The position numbers and the translations under genes are program-made. A stretch of DNA of 64,000 nt from a virus: positions 45,725 to 109,724 of the IMG/VR virus record IMGVR_UViG_3300017925_000001, one strand, 5' to 3'. Shown here piece after piece: positions 9,838 to 19,870 of this stretch; position 1 is the first letter of the stretch; each line of letters starts with the position of its first letter. The notes under the pieces were generated by a model that ran no database searches, was not told the origin of the DNA, and saw only the letters and a list, made by a program, of their open reading frames with translations.

Positions 9838-9864
9838 ATCGGACATAACCTTAAACAACTGGGT
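9838..9864 (+). CDS. Exon 1 of the tail tubular-like gene (putative ATC start; (M)GHNLKQLG)
   Basis: In frame with exon 2 after removing 9865-10106; AAGGAAGG SD at 9822-9829; no ATG/GTG/TTG in frame after the stop at 9811. Confidence 0.55.
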
Positions 9865-10106
9865 AAGTAAGTTGCCCCCTCAGTCAGTAATGATTGAGCG
9901 CAGAACCAAGAGAATTCGGTGAAACGCCCTCTGGGCCAATACCGAGCCGAGCCGCTAATGCGGAAGGTGTAACGACTATCCCGCAAGGGAGTAGGGAACA
10001 GTGTTCCCGAAGTACTTGGGGTCCTGAAAAGGATCATGATATAGTCTGGTCTTACTGGCAACAGTAAGAGTTCGAATGGAAACGATTCGAGCGTAACATA
10101 TAAACG
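9865..10106 (+). ncRNA. Group I intron (IA-like, ORF-less, 242 nt)
   Basis: P1 GGGT|AA...TTGCCC with U-G wobble; P3 CCAAG/CTTGG; P4 TTCGGT/ACCGAG; P7 GACTAT/ATAGTC; P7.1 and P7.2 hairpins; P9 with GCAA loop; terminal G10106; P10 AAGTT/AGCTT. Confidence 0.9.
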
Positions 10107-13100
10107 ACAGCTTCTTTGGATTGTTTTGGCGGTCTTATTACCATGGCTCAAGCCCGTGATTTGCCCGAAGGTGCGAGTCCGAGATGTTTCGACGTTGACT
10201 TTACAGTCGGTAGCGTAGCCACTCGTCCCGGCTTAGTATCCGTGTATACCTACGCAAATACTTGGGCCATCACCTCGTACTCCCTTGGTAGTGGTGGTCT
10301 TGCAACATTTAACTACACCGGTATCCCCGAGATCACCGAGAACGAAGGATTGATCCTCAGCGGATTCCAAGGACCTCTCAGTGTTTTGAACGGAACCACG
10401 ATATATGCCGAAGCTGTAACCATGAACACTTTCATGGCACAAGTAGTTGGACCCTTGGGCACCTTTGTCAACCTAAGCGCCAGCGCAGTTTCCCTAGTGG
10501 GCTCCTTTGTAGGGCCTAACCAAGGGGTTGCCTCTAGCACTTCTTGGAGTAGTCCGCAGAACGTGTTCAGTCCCACGGGGTACGCCTCGGCAAGCGGAGG
10601 ACAGACATACAGCCCTGCGATTGTCCCTGGATCAACGTCTAGCACTTCATCTACAGCTTGGACTAACCCAAGCTATGCTTTGTCCACAAGCCCAAGTACG
10701 TACGCTACTGTGAGTTCTCTTGGTGCAGGAGTGTCCGCACCCCTCTATGCGAGTGCTTTGGGCTTGTCTGTACCTCCCAATGCAACAATCACAGGGGTGA
10801 AGGTCGCATTCTCTGCTAGAGCTACAGAGGCCAGCGGTAATCCATACGTCATTGCTCAGCTTGTGCTGGGAGGGTCGCAAAGTTACTTGGGAAGCGCAGT
10901 AAATATTCCTATCGCAGCGAATGGCGCGAGTTTGGCTCCATACAATTATGGTTCCTCAACGTTTCAATGGGGTACCACTCTGACGCCCGCGATTGTCAAT
11001 GATCCTACTTTCGGGTTTGACCTAAGCGCTTTCACGGGAACTCTGTCGAACAACTTTCATTATTATTTGAACAGCCTCGTGGTCGCGGTTTACTACACCA
11101 CATCGGCTACAACAGAGATTCTGACGGCCAACAGTTTCGGATTCTCGATCTCGTTGTCTTCTGGAGTCTCAGGGTTCAACACCACTTTCAAAGCGTATTC
11201 CAGCGCATCTACTTCGGCAGTGTTTCAACTACTTGAGAACGGAGTTCCTCAGGGCACTCCTAAGACTCTTCCTCTCACCACTACGCCCACGGTGTATAAT
11301 CTGGGCGGGCCTGAGGACCCTTGGGGCTATGTCTGGTCAGCAGCCAACGTCAACTCTCCGCAGTTTGGAATTCAGATCACAGCCGAAGGAGTCGGCACTA
11401 CGTACGTAGGGGACTTGGATGTCACCACATTTGTCACCCCGGCGCTATCGAATTTCAACTGGATTGGGAGCTATGAGCAGACGAATGCTGCGCTTACCAC
11501 TCTGGCTCTTGATGCTGATGGCAACATGTGGGCTGAGAACGTTCTCAATAACCCTGGGGTACTATCGCTCTCATTGAGCGGTTTGCTTCCAGATTCGTAC
11601 GCGGTTGGAGCTACGATGAATGATTCCGAGTTCATCATGTTCTCGGATCTGAATATCGGCACCGACCGTCCTCGTCAGCTCTACAACGATGGAAACTGGT
11701 ATCCGGTGACCCAAGTGGGCCCTGGTAGTGCTCCGACATTCTTGGCTTCCACAGGTGGGATTACTAATACCCTGCACATCAGCGCTTACACAGCAGTCGC
11801 AGGCACACCCACTATTCCGTCATCAACGACCTTCACAATATCACCTGTGGCAGCTGTAGCTCCGGTTGTTGGATCACTTTATGTACTGAGCGGATTCACT
11901 GGGCCGGACGCAGTATTGAATGGTCAGGTGGTCACGGTTTTGACAGGTGCAACCACTGCTAGCTTTTCAGCAGATGTATCGGTTACTGCTCCAGGCAACA
12001 CCGCTGTCGTAGCTCTTGCTACGCTCACCTTCGCATATCCCATAGAGAGCATCAAACAATTGGGGTACATTACGAGCGGTCTGAGCGGTGGGGTGCTTTG
12101 GTTCCTTCTGAGTACAGGACCTAACCAGTCTGCTCAGGGCAGTGTAGTGACAGTGTACTACGCATATGCATCGCCTTCACTAGCGCCAAATTTGAACCTT
12201 CAGAATGCTTGGAATGCGTCTGTGGCTGGAACTGGTCCTCCAGTTTACGTGCAGATCAATAATGCAGCCAATGTCAATGGTTACAATTTTGATGGGATCT
12301 GGCAAGTCACAGGCATAGGGTACAACCATTTCTTGGGGTATACCTCACAGGGGTATTACTTCACTTTCCAGTACACTGAGTCTGGTTTTGCCAACGGCAC
12401 CAACAATGCCACGGCTTATCTGACACAAGCCACGTTGACCTTAGCTTCCCCTGGTGTCGTTGGGATCACGAATAATACACCCATCACTATTACAGGGGTC
12501 ACAGGAAGTTCTCCAGATCAGGTAGGGTACAACAATACGTGGGTTATCACCAACGCTGTCAATACAGGTCAGTATAACATCACTGAATCCCAGTATAATG
12601 GCGCTGGGGTTGCGACCTTCACATACAACTTCGCCTCTTTAACTAATAGTCAAGTTCCTGTTGTAGGTAATACCATTCAGATCATAGGCGTCACCAACAA
12701 TGCCGCCATGAACGGTATCTTTGCAATTTCGGCTGTGAATGCTGGCGCTTCTACATTCAGCGTGCTAGTGACTATCCCAGGCCTTGCAGCGCAGCCCTCA
12801 GCTATTGCTGAGAATAGTGCGCAGGCAACTATGGCTGGTACGCAGTTCATATTTGATCCTGGGGCTTTGCTGGCGGGCAGCGCATCTGGAAATGCTATAT
12901 TTGGAACAGCGACCGATGGAGACGTATCATTCATTGGTGTTACGCTGGTTCCGATAGGGGCAGGTACGCGCCAAGGTGTCGTGTTCTTCATTACGAAGAC
13001 TGGCTCTTGGACGCCTGCGTCTCCTCCTGTAACATTCACTATTGCAGCTGATGCAAACCAGCTCAATGTGTCGAATATCCCAATTGGACCTCCTGATGTC

Positions 13101-15134
13101 GTTGGCCGAGGCATAGCAATTACCGAGGCCGGTGCCAATGGCGTCCCAGGGGCAAACTTCTACGTGATCGAGACCGCCGTAACCACAACTGTAAACACAG
13201 TGGTGACTACGAACACGTCTACGATCATCAAGGATAACACAAGCACCACAGCTTCCTTTAGCTTTTCGGATGCTGTCCTTCTGAACTCTACAGAAGTTGA
13301 CGTGCCCAGCCTAGACATTTTCAACACGATTGAAATAGGCAGCTGCGCATGGTGCGTTCCTTATTCGAGCAGAATGTTCTATGGCCTGCAGCTGAACAAG
13401 GTGCAGAACTTTAACAACCTGACGTTCGACGGGGGATATGTAGTTCCGAATCAACCTGCAGGTTGGGGCTTGAATCTCGCCACAAGCGTTCCTACAGAAT
13501 TGGAGCTGATAATCAGCCCGGTTACTGGAGACGCAATCTACATCCTTAACTCAACGGGGAGCATTCAGCCACAGTTTGGCATGCTCTATCAGACGGCCTA
13601 TCAGGACCCCTACAACGTTGCGATCATACAGAACAACACAGCGTATTCGGTACGCGTGGCCTGTTCCTGTCCTTCGGGCGTTGCTATAGGGAATCTCGTG
13701 ATTGACCTCACGCAGTTCAATAACGGCAACTTCACGCAAGGGGCAAACGGCCTCGGCGTGTACGGCTCGTTCGTGCTACCTTTGTCTGAGATGTCACCTT
13801 CAGTACGAGTCTACACAGGGCCACTGCTTGCTGCGTCTGTGTTCACTGGGAATGTCGATCCATACCTGACGTTCCGCGTTTGGGCTCAAAACATGGGCCT
13901 AGGGGCAGACTTGCTCATCGACCGTATCGAAGTCTATCCTACGCTTTTCCCTTACCTTAAAACTGAGGTCTATGGGTCATACATAGGGCGACCAGAGATG
14001 GTGGACGCATCGGGGGACGGGGGCATTATCGACACGTCTACTGAGAATCCGCAGCCTGTCATGGGAGCGTTTGTGCTTCGTGATAGTCTATACTTGCTCA
14101 AGACGAATAGCATGTACGTGACTAAGGATAATCCAACTTCAGAGCCATCAGGCTGGTCCATAAACGAAATAGATAATAGGGCTGGTGCATGTGGTATCAA
14201 CGCATACGACACGGGTGAGGAATGGGCGATCATGGCATGCCGCAATGGCATCTATGGTTTCGATGGGGGCAAGCCTGAACTGCTCAACTTGGAAATACTT
14301 CAGGTTTGGAATTGCATCAATTGGAACGCGGGAAACTCCATATGTCTGAGGAATGATACGGAAAACCGTAGGATTCTCTGTACAGTTCCGCTGCCCACTG
14401 GGACAAGCCCTGATGGCGTTGCAACCGCAACGACTACATGGCTCCCCTACGCACCGTATAACCCTGCTCCGACTACTCCCAATGTCATACTCGTATGTAA
14501 CTATGAAGCCATAGGGTCGTTTGAAGAGTTACTAAAAGACCAAGGTGTCCATGCTACGATGTTTGGCCAGTTGGCGAACCCAGATATGCGCCGTAAGTGG
14601 ACAATCTGGAACATACCAACTCCTTATTTAGGACAGGTCACTAGAGCCAACTTACTTGAGATAACATTGATGGTTTGTAACGGAATTGACTCTTCAAAGA
14701 TTTATCAATTTGAAGATGAAGCCACCAGTGATGATGGGGCTCCGATACACTCACTTTATTGCGGCTACGGTTTTGTCAACGCGGCCAAAGCAGTGACCAT
14801 GCCCATTTTTGGGCTCCATCAGAAGCGATACACATTATTACAGTTTAATGCTAATGGTGCTGGGCAGATGAATGTCACGTTGTTCCCTAATGATTTGGGG
14901 GCAAGATACCCATTGACTGTCCCACTAGGATTGCCTTATGGCATCGCTCTGGTTGACCCCGCAAACGATGATTACTTTAGGCCAATCAACATCAAGGCAC
15001 AACGGTGCTTCACGCAATGGGAAACCAATGCTGTTGGGGCGTGGTTTGAACTTTGTCATGTTTTGCTTTCAGGAAAACAAGATCCATGGTCCTCACTCAA
15101 TCCAACGGGTGGAGGTTCGAACGGGATAGTTTAA
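10107..15134 (+). CDS. Giant tail tubular/adaptor-like protein (podovirus tubular-B/P22 gp10-like) with inserted beta domains, exon 2
   Basis: N-terminal 'FGGL...P..S..C.DVDF....V.TRPG' and C-terminal propeller-like region typical of this class; position before GNAT and ejection genes. Confidence 0.6.
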   Translation, partial: TASLDCFGGLITMAQARDLPEGASPRCFDVDFTVGSVATRPGLVSVYTYANTWAITSYSLGSGGLATFNYTGIPEITENEGLILSGFQGPLSVLNGTTIYAEAVTMNTFMAQVVGPLGTFVNLSASAVSLVGSFVGPNQGVASSTSWSSPQNVFSPTGYASASGGQTYSPAIVPGSTSSTSSTAWTNPSYALSTSPSTYATVSSLGAGVSAPLYASALGLSVPPNATITGVKVAFSARATEASGNPYVIAQLVLGGSQSYLGSAVNIPIAANGASLAPYNYGSSTFQWGTTLTPAIVNDPTFGFDLSAFTGTLSNNFHYYLNSLVVAVYYTTSATTEILTANSFGFSISLSSGVSGFNTTFKAYSSASTSAVFQLLENGVPQGTPKTLPLTTTPTVYNLGGPEDPWGYVWSAANVNSPQFGIQITAEGVGTTYVGDLDVTTFVTPALSNFNWIGSYEQTNAALTTLALDADGNMWAENVLNNPGVLSLSLSGLLPDSYAVGATMNDSEFIMFSDLNIGTDRPRQLYNDGNWYPVTQVGPGSAPTFLASTGGITNTLHISAYTAVAGTPTIPSSTTFTISPVAAVAPVVGSLYVLSGFTGPDAVLNGQVVTVLTGATTASFSADVSVTAPGNTAVVALATLTFAYPIESIKQLGYITSGLSGGVLWFLLSTGPNQSAQGSVVTVYYAYASPSLAPNLNLQNAWNASVAGTGPPVYVQINNAANVNGYNFDGIWQVTGIGYNHFLGYTSQGYYFTFQYTESGFANGTNNATAYLTQATLTLASPGVVGITNNTPITITGVTGSSPDQVGYNNTWVITNAVNTGQYNITESQYNGAGVATFTYNFASLTNSQVPVVGNTIQIIGVTNNAAMNGIFAISAVNAGASTFSVLVTIPGLAAQPSAIAENSAQATMAGTQFIFDPGALLAGSASGNAIFGTATDGDVSFIGVTLVPIGAGTRQGVVFFITKTGSWTPASPPVTFTIAADANQLNVSNIPIGPPDVVGRGIAITEAGANGVPGANFYVIETAVTTTVNTVVTTNTSTIIKDNTSTTASFSFSDAVLLNSTEVDVPSLDIFNTIEIGSCAWCVPYSSRMFYGLQLNKVQNFNNLTFDGGYVVPNQPAGWGLNLATSVPTELELIISPVTGDAIYILNSTGSIQPQFGMLYQTAYQDPYNVAIIQNNTAYSVRVACSCPSGVAIGNLVIDLTQFNNGNFTQGANGLGVYGSFVLPLSEMSPSVRVYTGPLLAASVFTGNVDPYLTFRVWAQNMGLGADLLIDRIEVYPTLFPYLKTEVYGSYIGRPEMVDASGDGGIIDTSTENPQPVMGAFVLRDSLYLLKTNSMYVTKDNPTSEPSGWSINEIDNRAGACGINAYDTGEEWAIMACRNGIYGFDGGKPELLNLEILQVWNCINWNAGNSICLRNDTENRRILCTVPLPTGTSPDGVATATTTWLPYAPYNPAPTTPNVILVCNYEAIGSFEELLKDQGVHATMFGQLANPDMRRKWTIWNIPTPYLGQVTRANLLEITLMVCNGIDSSKIYQFEDEATSDDGAPIHSLYCGYGFVNAAKAVTMPIFGLHQKRYTLLQFNANGAGQMNVTLFPNDLGARYPLTVPLGLPYGIALVDPANDDYFRPINIKAQRCFTQWETNAVGAWFELCHVLLSGKQDPWSSLNPTGGGSNGIV

Positions 15135-15218
15135 TATCTCAAGGCTTAGCGGCCTTGGGCTAGAGTTGGGAAGTGCTATGAACACTTCCCTTCTCGCCTT
15201 TTCATAGGAGGAATTATG
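15135..15218 (+). promoter_or_regulatory. Structured RNA leader, copy C
   Basis: P1 CTCAAGGC/GCCTTGGG with loop TTAGCG; P2 GGGAAGTG/CACTTCCC; loop CTATGAA complementary to TTCATAG 15201-15207 abutting GGAGG. Confidence 0.85.
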
Positions 15219-15884
15219 CCAACAGGAATTTATGAAAGAAAACCAACAATACCTAGAATGTCTAACTGTCACCCTGATAGAAAACATTTTGGAAAAGGAA
15301 TGTGCAACCAGTGTTATCATAAGGCTTACCACGTACAGCATAAGCACTCGTTTGTAGATGAGTTTGGTATTTCAATACCAGAGGGCTTCTATACCTACCT
15401 CTGGTTCAGGGCAGATAGCACCCCATATTATGTGGGAAAAGGCAACGGAAAAAGAGCCTACGTAAATCATGGACATTCGTTTCACAGACCTGTGAGTAGG
15501 GCAAGGATTTTTGTGCAATATTGGGAGTCTGAGGAAAAGGCGCTTGAGATTGAGGCTTGGTACATTGCTTTTTATGGGCGCATAGACAAAGGCACAGGTT
15601 GTCTCAGAAACCTAACAGATGGAGGAGAAAATCCTCCAGGCAATAAAGGTGTAAAGTTTTCAGAAGAGCACAAACGAAAAATAAGTGAAGCACAGAAAGG
15701 CCCTAAGGGACATTGGTTTGGAACAAAGAGGCCTTTTGTTTCTAGAGGTAAAGGTCGAGTACAAAACCCTGAATGGATTGCTAAAAGGGTAGCCAGTACA
15801 AAAGCAACTCGTGAGTGTAAGAAGAAAGGAGACCCTACGGTATGCAAGGCAGAACTAGCGCGCTCGATGGCGGGCAAGAGCTAA
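15216..15884 (+). CDS. GIY-YIG-like homing endonuclease (NUMOD3), paralog of 7006..7743
   Basis: 'FYTYLWFRADSTPYYVGKG', 'LRNLTDGG', 'FSEEHKRKISEAQKG'. Confidence 0.8.
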   Translation: MPTGIYERKPTIPRMSNCHPDRKHFGKGMCNQCYHKAYHVQHKHSFVDEFGISIPEGFYTYLWFRADSTPYYVGKGNGKRAYVNHGHSFHRPVSRARIFVQYWESEEKALEIEAWYIAFYGRIDKGTGCLRNLTDGGENPPGNKGVKFSEEHKRKISEAQKGPKGHWFGTKRPFVSRGKGRVQNPEWIAKRVASTKATRECKKKGDPTVCKAELARSMAGKS

Positions 15885-16468
15885 CCATAATTCAGCGCCA
15901 AGACTTCAACAATGGCAACCTCCTCAATCGCATCATCCAAGCTATGAACGGGCTTGCCCATAACTTGGGAGCAGCCGCTGTGGGCAAGTTGGACCCGCCT
16001 CCTCCCGTACAATCTATTCAAGTGCAAGGCGTGCAGTCGGGCAGCACACTCATTTGTCCGAGCGAGCTGCTCCATTGGACAATAAATCACACTCAGGAGA
16101 TTCAGAAGCATGTCCGCTACTTTAGCGAGATTGCGACAGAGCCAAACTTTTTGGCTCCGCATGTCATTGACCACGGCACTAGCCGTACTGGTTTTTTACA
16201 CCTGCCAACATATTTGAACGACGGCGTTACGAAGCAGACGTATTACCTACGCAGCTACGCTCAGTACCCTGGCTCTGACCCACAGAAACCTACAGTACTT
16301 GGGGGATTAGCCAGCCCCTTGAAGATTCAGATGACGGGCAGCTCAGCCACAACACTTCTCAGCTCTCCTGGGTCAGGCACAGCAGCCGCAAATGGCACCC
16401 AAGGGGGCAAGGGGTTGGGCGTTGTACTCACACGCCCTGCGCCAACGACGAAGAGGTCGATAACCTAA
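15842..16468 (+). CDS. Hypothetical virion protein
   Basis: AAGGAG SD inside the endonuclease 3' end; structural context. Confidence 0.6.
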   Translation: MQGRTSALDGGQELTIIQRQDFNNGNLLNRIIQAMNGLAHNLGAAAVGKLDPPPPVQSIQVQGVQSGSTLICPSELLHWTINHTQEIQKHVRYFSEIATEPNFLAPHVIDHGTSRTGFLHLPTYLNDGVTKQTYYLRSYAQYPGSDPQKPTVLGGLASPLKIQMTGSSATTLLSSPGSGTAAANGTQGGKGLGVVLTRPAPTTKRSIT

Positions 16469-16896
16469 TGTCAGAAGAAATTTTGGTCAGGTCATACGCC
16501 CCTTCGGACTTGGCGGCGATAAAGCGAATACATGAGCAGAACAAGCTAGACTTTCAGTTTCCCAACTTGGACTCAACGCTGTTTCCCGCGCACAAGGTTC
16601 TGCTCATGAACGGGGAAGTCAAGGCCTCCTATGCATTGCGTCTGGTAACCGAGGCCAACCTCTGGCTGTCCCGAGATGAGTGGACAGACGCCGAGGGCAA
16701 ATGGGCAGCAATCAGGTTGCTCGACAAAGAGACCACCGAGGCAGCAGCAGATGTCGGTCTGGACGCAGTGCAGTGTTTCCTGCCTCCAGGCTACGAGAGA
16801 TTCGGAAAACGAATTTGTGGTAAAGATGGCTTAGGTTTTTCTCCAGACCGCCCCGGGTGGTTGGGATACAGCAAGTTCATAGGAGTGAAGAAATGA
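16468..16896 (+). CDS. GNAT-like protein
   Basis: 'VRSYAPSDLAAIKRIHE' N-terminus and '...GLGF' C-terminus; position typical of podovirus GNAT before ejection genes. Confidence 0.5.
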   Translation: MSEEILVRSYAPSDLAAIKRIHEQNKLDFQFPNLDSTLFPAHKVLLMNGEVKASYALRLVTEANLWLSRDEWTDAEGKWAAIRLLDKETTEAAADVGLDAVQCFLPPGYERFGKRICGKDGLGFSPDRPGWLGYSKFIGVKK

Positions 16897-17567
16897 AAGT
16901 TTATACACGTTTAGAATATCAAATGTTGCCCAATGGTGGGCTGGAGTTGATCTCCGAAGATTCGTACTCCTATGAAGGCCCTGTAGCACAGTGTTTGAGA
17001 CAAGCAGCTGCACAGGCAGGACAAGCAGCTAACACTGCGGCGGCAACGGGTGCCCAGCTGGGCGGTGAGGCCCAAGGTGAGCTAGGCGTTCTGAATCCAT
17101 TCGCCACTCGTGAAATGCAGGCTGAGCATGCTTTTGATCCGAGTCAGCTCAATGAATTGCTCACAGCAGCCGGAGCAGGGGCTGGGGGAGTGACAGGGGC
17201 AGCACAGGCTGCTATGCAGCGCCAAGCGGCTTCTACAGGCAATGCGGCGGGTGCGACCAAAGGCTTGCAGGAGTTGGCGCGTGACCGTATGAAAGCGCAA
17301 GCTGGGGCATCCGAAGGTATCGCAGGTGAAGACGTACTGGGTGCGCAGAAATTGCGTCAAGAAGGCGCTGGATTAGAGTCAGGTCTTTATGGAGAAAACT
17401 TAAAAGGCATGCTTTCCGCGATGGGGCAGGTTGCTCCAGATGTACAAGCTGAGACTGCAGCATCTAAAACTGGATGGCTGCAGAATGCTGAAGGTGCCTT
17501 AGGTAGTTTAGCAAGTACTGCTGCACCTTATCTAAAAATGTATGGACCCGGTGGAACGAACACCTAG
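16893..17567 (+). CDS. Internal virion/ejection (pilot-like) protein
   Basis: N-terminal 'MKVYTR...EDSYSYEGPVAQC' leader followed by A/G/Q-rich helices. Confidence 0.6.
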   Translation: MKVYTRLEYQMLPNGGLELISEDSYSYEGPVAQCLRQAAAQAGQAANTAAATGAQLGGEAQGELGVLNPFATREMQAEHAFDPSQLNELLTAAGAGAGGVTGAAQAAMQRQAASTGNAAGATKGLQELARDRMKAQAGASEGIAGEDVLGAQKLRQEGAGLESGLYGENLKGMLSAMGQVAPDVQAETAASKTGWLQNAEGALGSLASTAAPYLKMYGPGGTNT

Positions 17568-17576
17568 GAGCATAAA

Positions 17577-19853
17577 ATGCCAGATGAAACGATGATGGGA
17601 CGCGTAGCTGAGCGAGCACGTCAGCTTTATTCTCAAGGCAAAGCCCTGGTTGCCCCTATGACAAGCGAGCAGCAAGGTTTGAAAGAGAAGCAGCATCAGA
17701 TTGATGAAGCTACGCAGACACCTGCCGAAACTCCTAAGATGAACTACACGCCTGCCCCGTCTGACTATGTACACCCAGGTATGAAGTATGGGGACAAGCC
17801 GGGGGAGCAGCGCTTGCCTGTATATGATGATGGTGGAGATGTGCCAGAGGATCAAGTTGCAAAGCTAGGGCAGGGGGAACGTGTACTCAATCCACAGGAA
17901 GCTGCAGCGTATCGTCAGGCTGAGCAGGAATATAATGTGGCCCCTGGGGAAATGAAACAAGAAGGTATGATGGTAGATGTAGGTGGAGCTAAAGCTATTC
18001 CTAATCCTAAGGGGATAAAGCCCATGATGGATACAGAGCCGCCTGAACAACATGTTGCTCCTTTGCAGGGCGCTACTATGCACATGGAGAATGCTCCTAT
18101 AGGCAAATCTGTGATGAACACTGAAAAAGCACCTTTACAAGGGGCAGACACAGTAACCCCGCGTCAAGAGACTCCGATGCAGGAGATTTCTACCATGGGC
18201 ACGCCCAGGATGCGCATAGAAACTCCCATGTCCTCGGGCACTACGGATCATCCAGAAGCTCCTCAGCAAGGTGAGGAAGCAGCTGCTCCCACGGAAGTCC
18301 CGAGGTTCTCAGTAGACAAAAGTTTTGGAGCCCTTGGCGAGAAGATGGACAAGCAGAAGCAGATTGAAGATGACCTGAAGGTTGTAGAGCAAGACAAGCT
18401 TGCTGCAATGCAATCCGGGGATCTGACAAAGCTTGGGATGGCAAATATTCATGAAAGACAACTGAAAGCAGCGTTGCCTGAGTTGCCACAACCTACACCA
18501 CCGACTGCGCGTGAGAATGTGATGAATCAGGAGAAGGATTTTCGTAACAAGATGATCAACGCCCCTAGCGAACAAGAGCGCTTCCAGGCCGAGAAGGATC
18601 TGGCTGAGATGCAACGTCGTACACCGTGGGGCACTGAAGGATCAGCACACCCCGGAGTTTTGGGCAAGATTGGTCACGTTCTTGGCGGTATTGGTCAGGC
18701 GGCTGCAATGGGGACAGTTCCTTATGCGCTTCCGATGATCCCTGGTACACAGGCGAATATTGCAAAGCATGAAGCTGTTGGCGAGCAAGGGGTTGAGCAG
18801 GCGCAGAAGAAAGAAGCTACTGCAGCTGAGACTGGCTTGAAAGAAGCACAAACGCGTATGGTTGGAATGGGTACAACCGTACCCGAAAAGGTATATAATT
18901 GGGCTATGAAAGGAAATGCTGGCCAACCAATGATCAACCCTGATACGCAGAAGCCTTATACACCCCCTGAAGCTCAAACACTGTCCACCGGGGAAGGCAA
19001 AAACGTAGCAGAGCAACTGGCACGTGCCCTTATTCATAAAGTTAACCCTGAAACAGGACAGAATTATACACCGGATGAGGCTTTAATAGAAGCAATGAAG
19101 CAGCAATCTGGGGCTAAAATGAACGAGCATCAGAAGCGCGTAGCTGATTATGTGTCTGCGCATAATATGGAAGACACACCGGCTAACCGTGAAACTGCTC
19201 GTATAGCTTTAGAGTCCGCAGATACAGCAGCGAAGCAAATTGCAGCACTTCCGTATGCAGAGCAAAAAACTAAGTTCAGCAGTGATCTTGCTACTACTCG
19301 TGCATTGTTGGTCCAGCAAAACGCTGACGCTAACGGTCGGGGCTTGGAGGCTGACAAACTTCAGAACACTGAGAATGCTCGTTATAACAAAGTGAACAGC
19401 ATGATCCAAATGGGTTTGAATGCTGTCAACACTTCAGACCACTCGGAATTTGCAGCTAGCATAGCTCCAGTTGCCACACTCTTTGCAGCAACAAATGAAG
19501 CTGGTATTAAGCGTGTGAACGCAGTCGAGTTGGCAAAATTCATGCCAGCCAACGGTAGTTTGTTGCGCTGGGCTGAAACCCATGCTGACAAATGGACGGC
19601 GGGTGATATCCCTGATGAGTACAGGAAAGAAGTGAAAGAGTTCTTGACTAATATGGGCAAACAAGAAGAAATCACTCACACAGCCAATTCTAAGAGTATT
19701 GATGATACTGTTCGTAGTGGTGGTCAAGAACCAGTACAGAAGCCTGCGGGTGGCGCAGAAGCTACACCAAAGAAGTCTGAATCTAAAGCGCCTCCAACAG
19801 CACCTCCAGTTGGCAGTGGTTTTGCAGCGTGGAAAGCACAGCAATCGAAGTAA
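17577..19853 (+). CDS. Large ejection/internal virion protein
   Basis: Low-complexity helical protein; 'GG.VP....A.L..GERVL' motif; GxxxG hydrophobic segment. Confidence 0.55.
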   Translation: MPDETMMGRVAERARQLYSQGKALVAPMTSEQQGLKEKQHQIDEATQTPAETPKMNYTPAPSDYVHPGMKYGDKPGEQRLPVYDDGGDVPEDQVAKLGQGERVLNPQEAAAYRQAEQEYNVAPGEMKQEGMMVDVGGAKAIPNPKGIKPMMDTEPPEQHVAPLQGATMHMENAPIGKSVMNTEKAPLQGADTVTPRQETPMQEISTMGTPRMRIETPMSSGTTDHPEAPQQGEEAAAPTEVPRFSVDKSFGALGEKMDKQKQIEDDLKVVEQDKLAAMQSGDLTKLGMANIHERQLKAALPELPQPTPPTARENVMNQEKDFRNKMINAPSEQERFQAEKDLAEMQRRTPWGTEGSAHPGVLGKIGHVLGGIGQAAAMGTVPYALPMIPGTQANIAKHEAVGEQGVEQAQKKEATAAETGLKEAQTRMVGMGTTVPEKVYNWAMKGNAGQPMINPDTQKPYTPPEAQTLSTGEGKNVAEQLARALIHKVNPETGQNYTPDEALIEAMKQQSGAKMNEHQKRVADYVSAHNMEDTPANRETARIALESADTAAKQIAALPYAEQKTKFSSDLATTRALLVQQNADANGRGLEADKLQNTENARYNKVNSMIQMGLNAVNTSDHSEFAASIAPVATLFAATNEAGIKRVNAVELAKFMPANGSLLRWAETHADKWTAGDIPDEYRKEVKEFLTNMGKQEEITHTANSKSIDDTVRSGGQEPVQKPAGGAEATPKKSESKAPPTAPPVGSGFAAWKAQQSK

Positions 19854-19870
19854 TCGTATAGGAGTCAAGT

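Noticed and set aside
9810-10151. 113-aa minus-strand ORF
   Set aside because: It is the antisense of the group I intron and has no protein features
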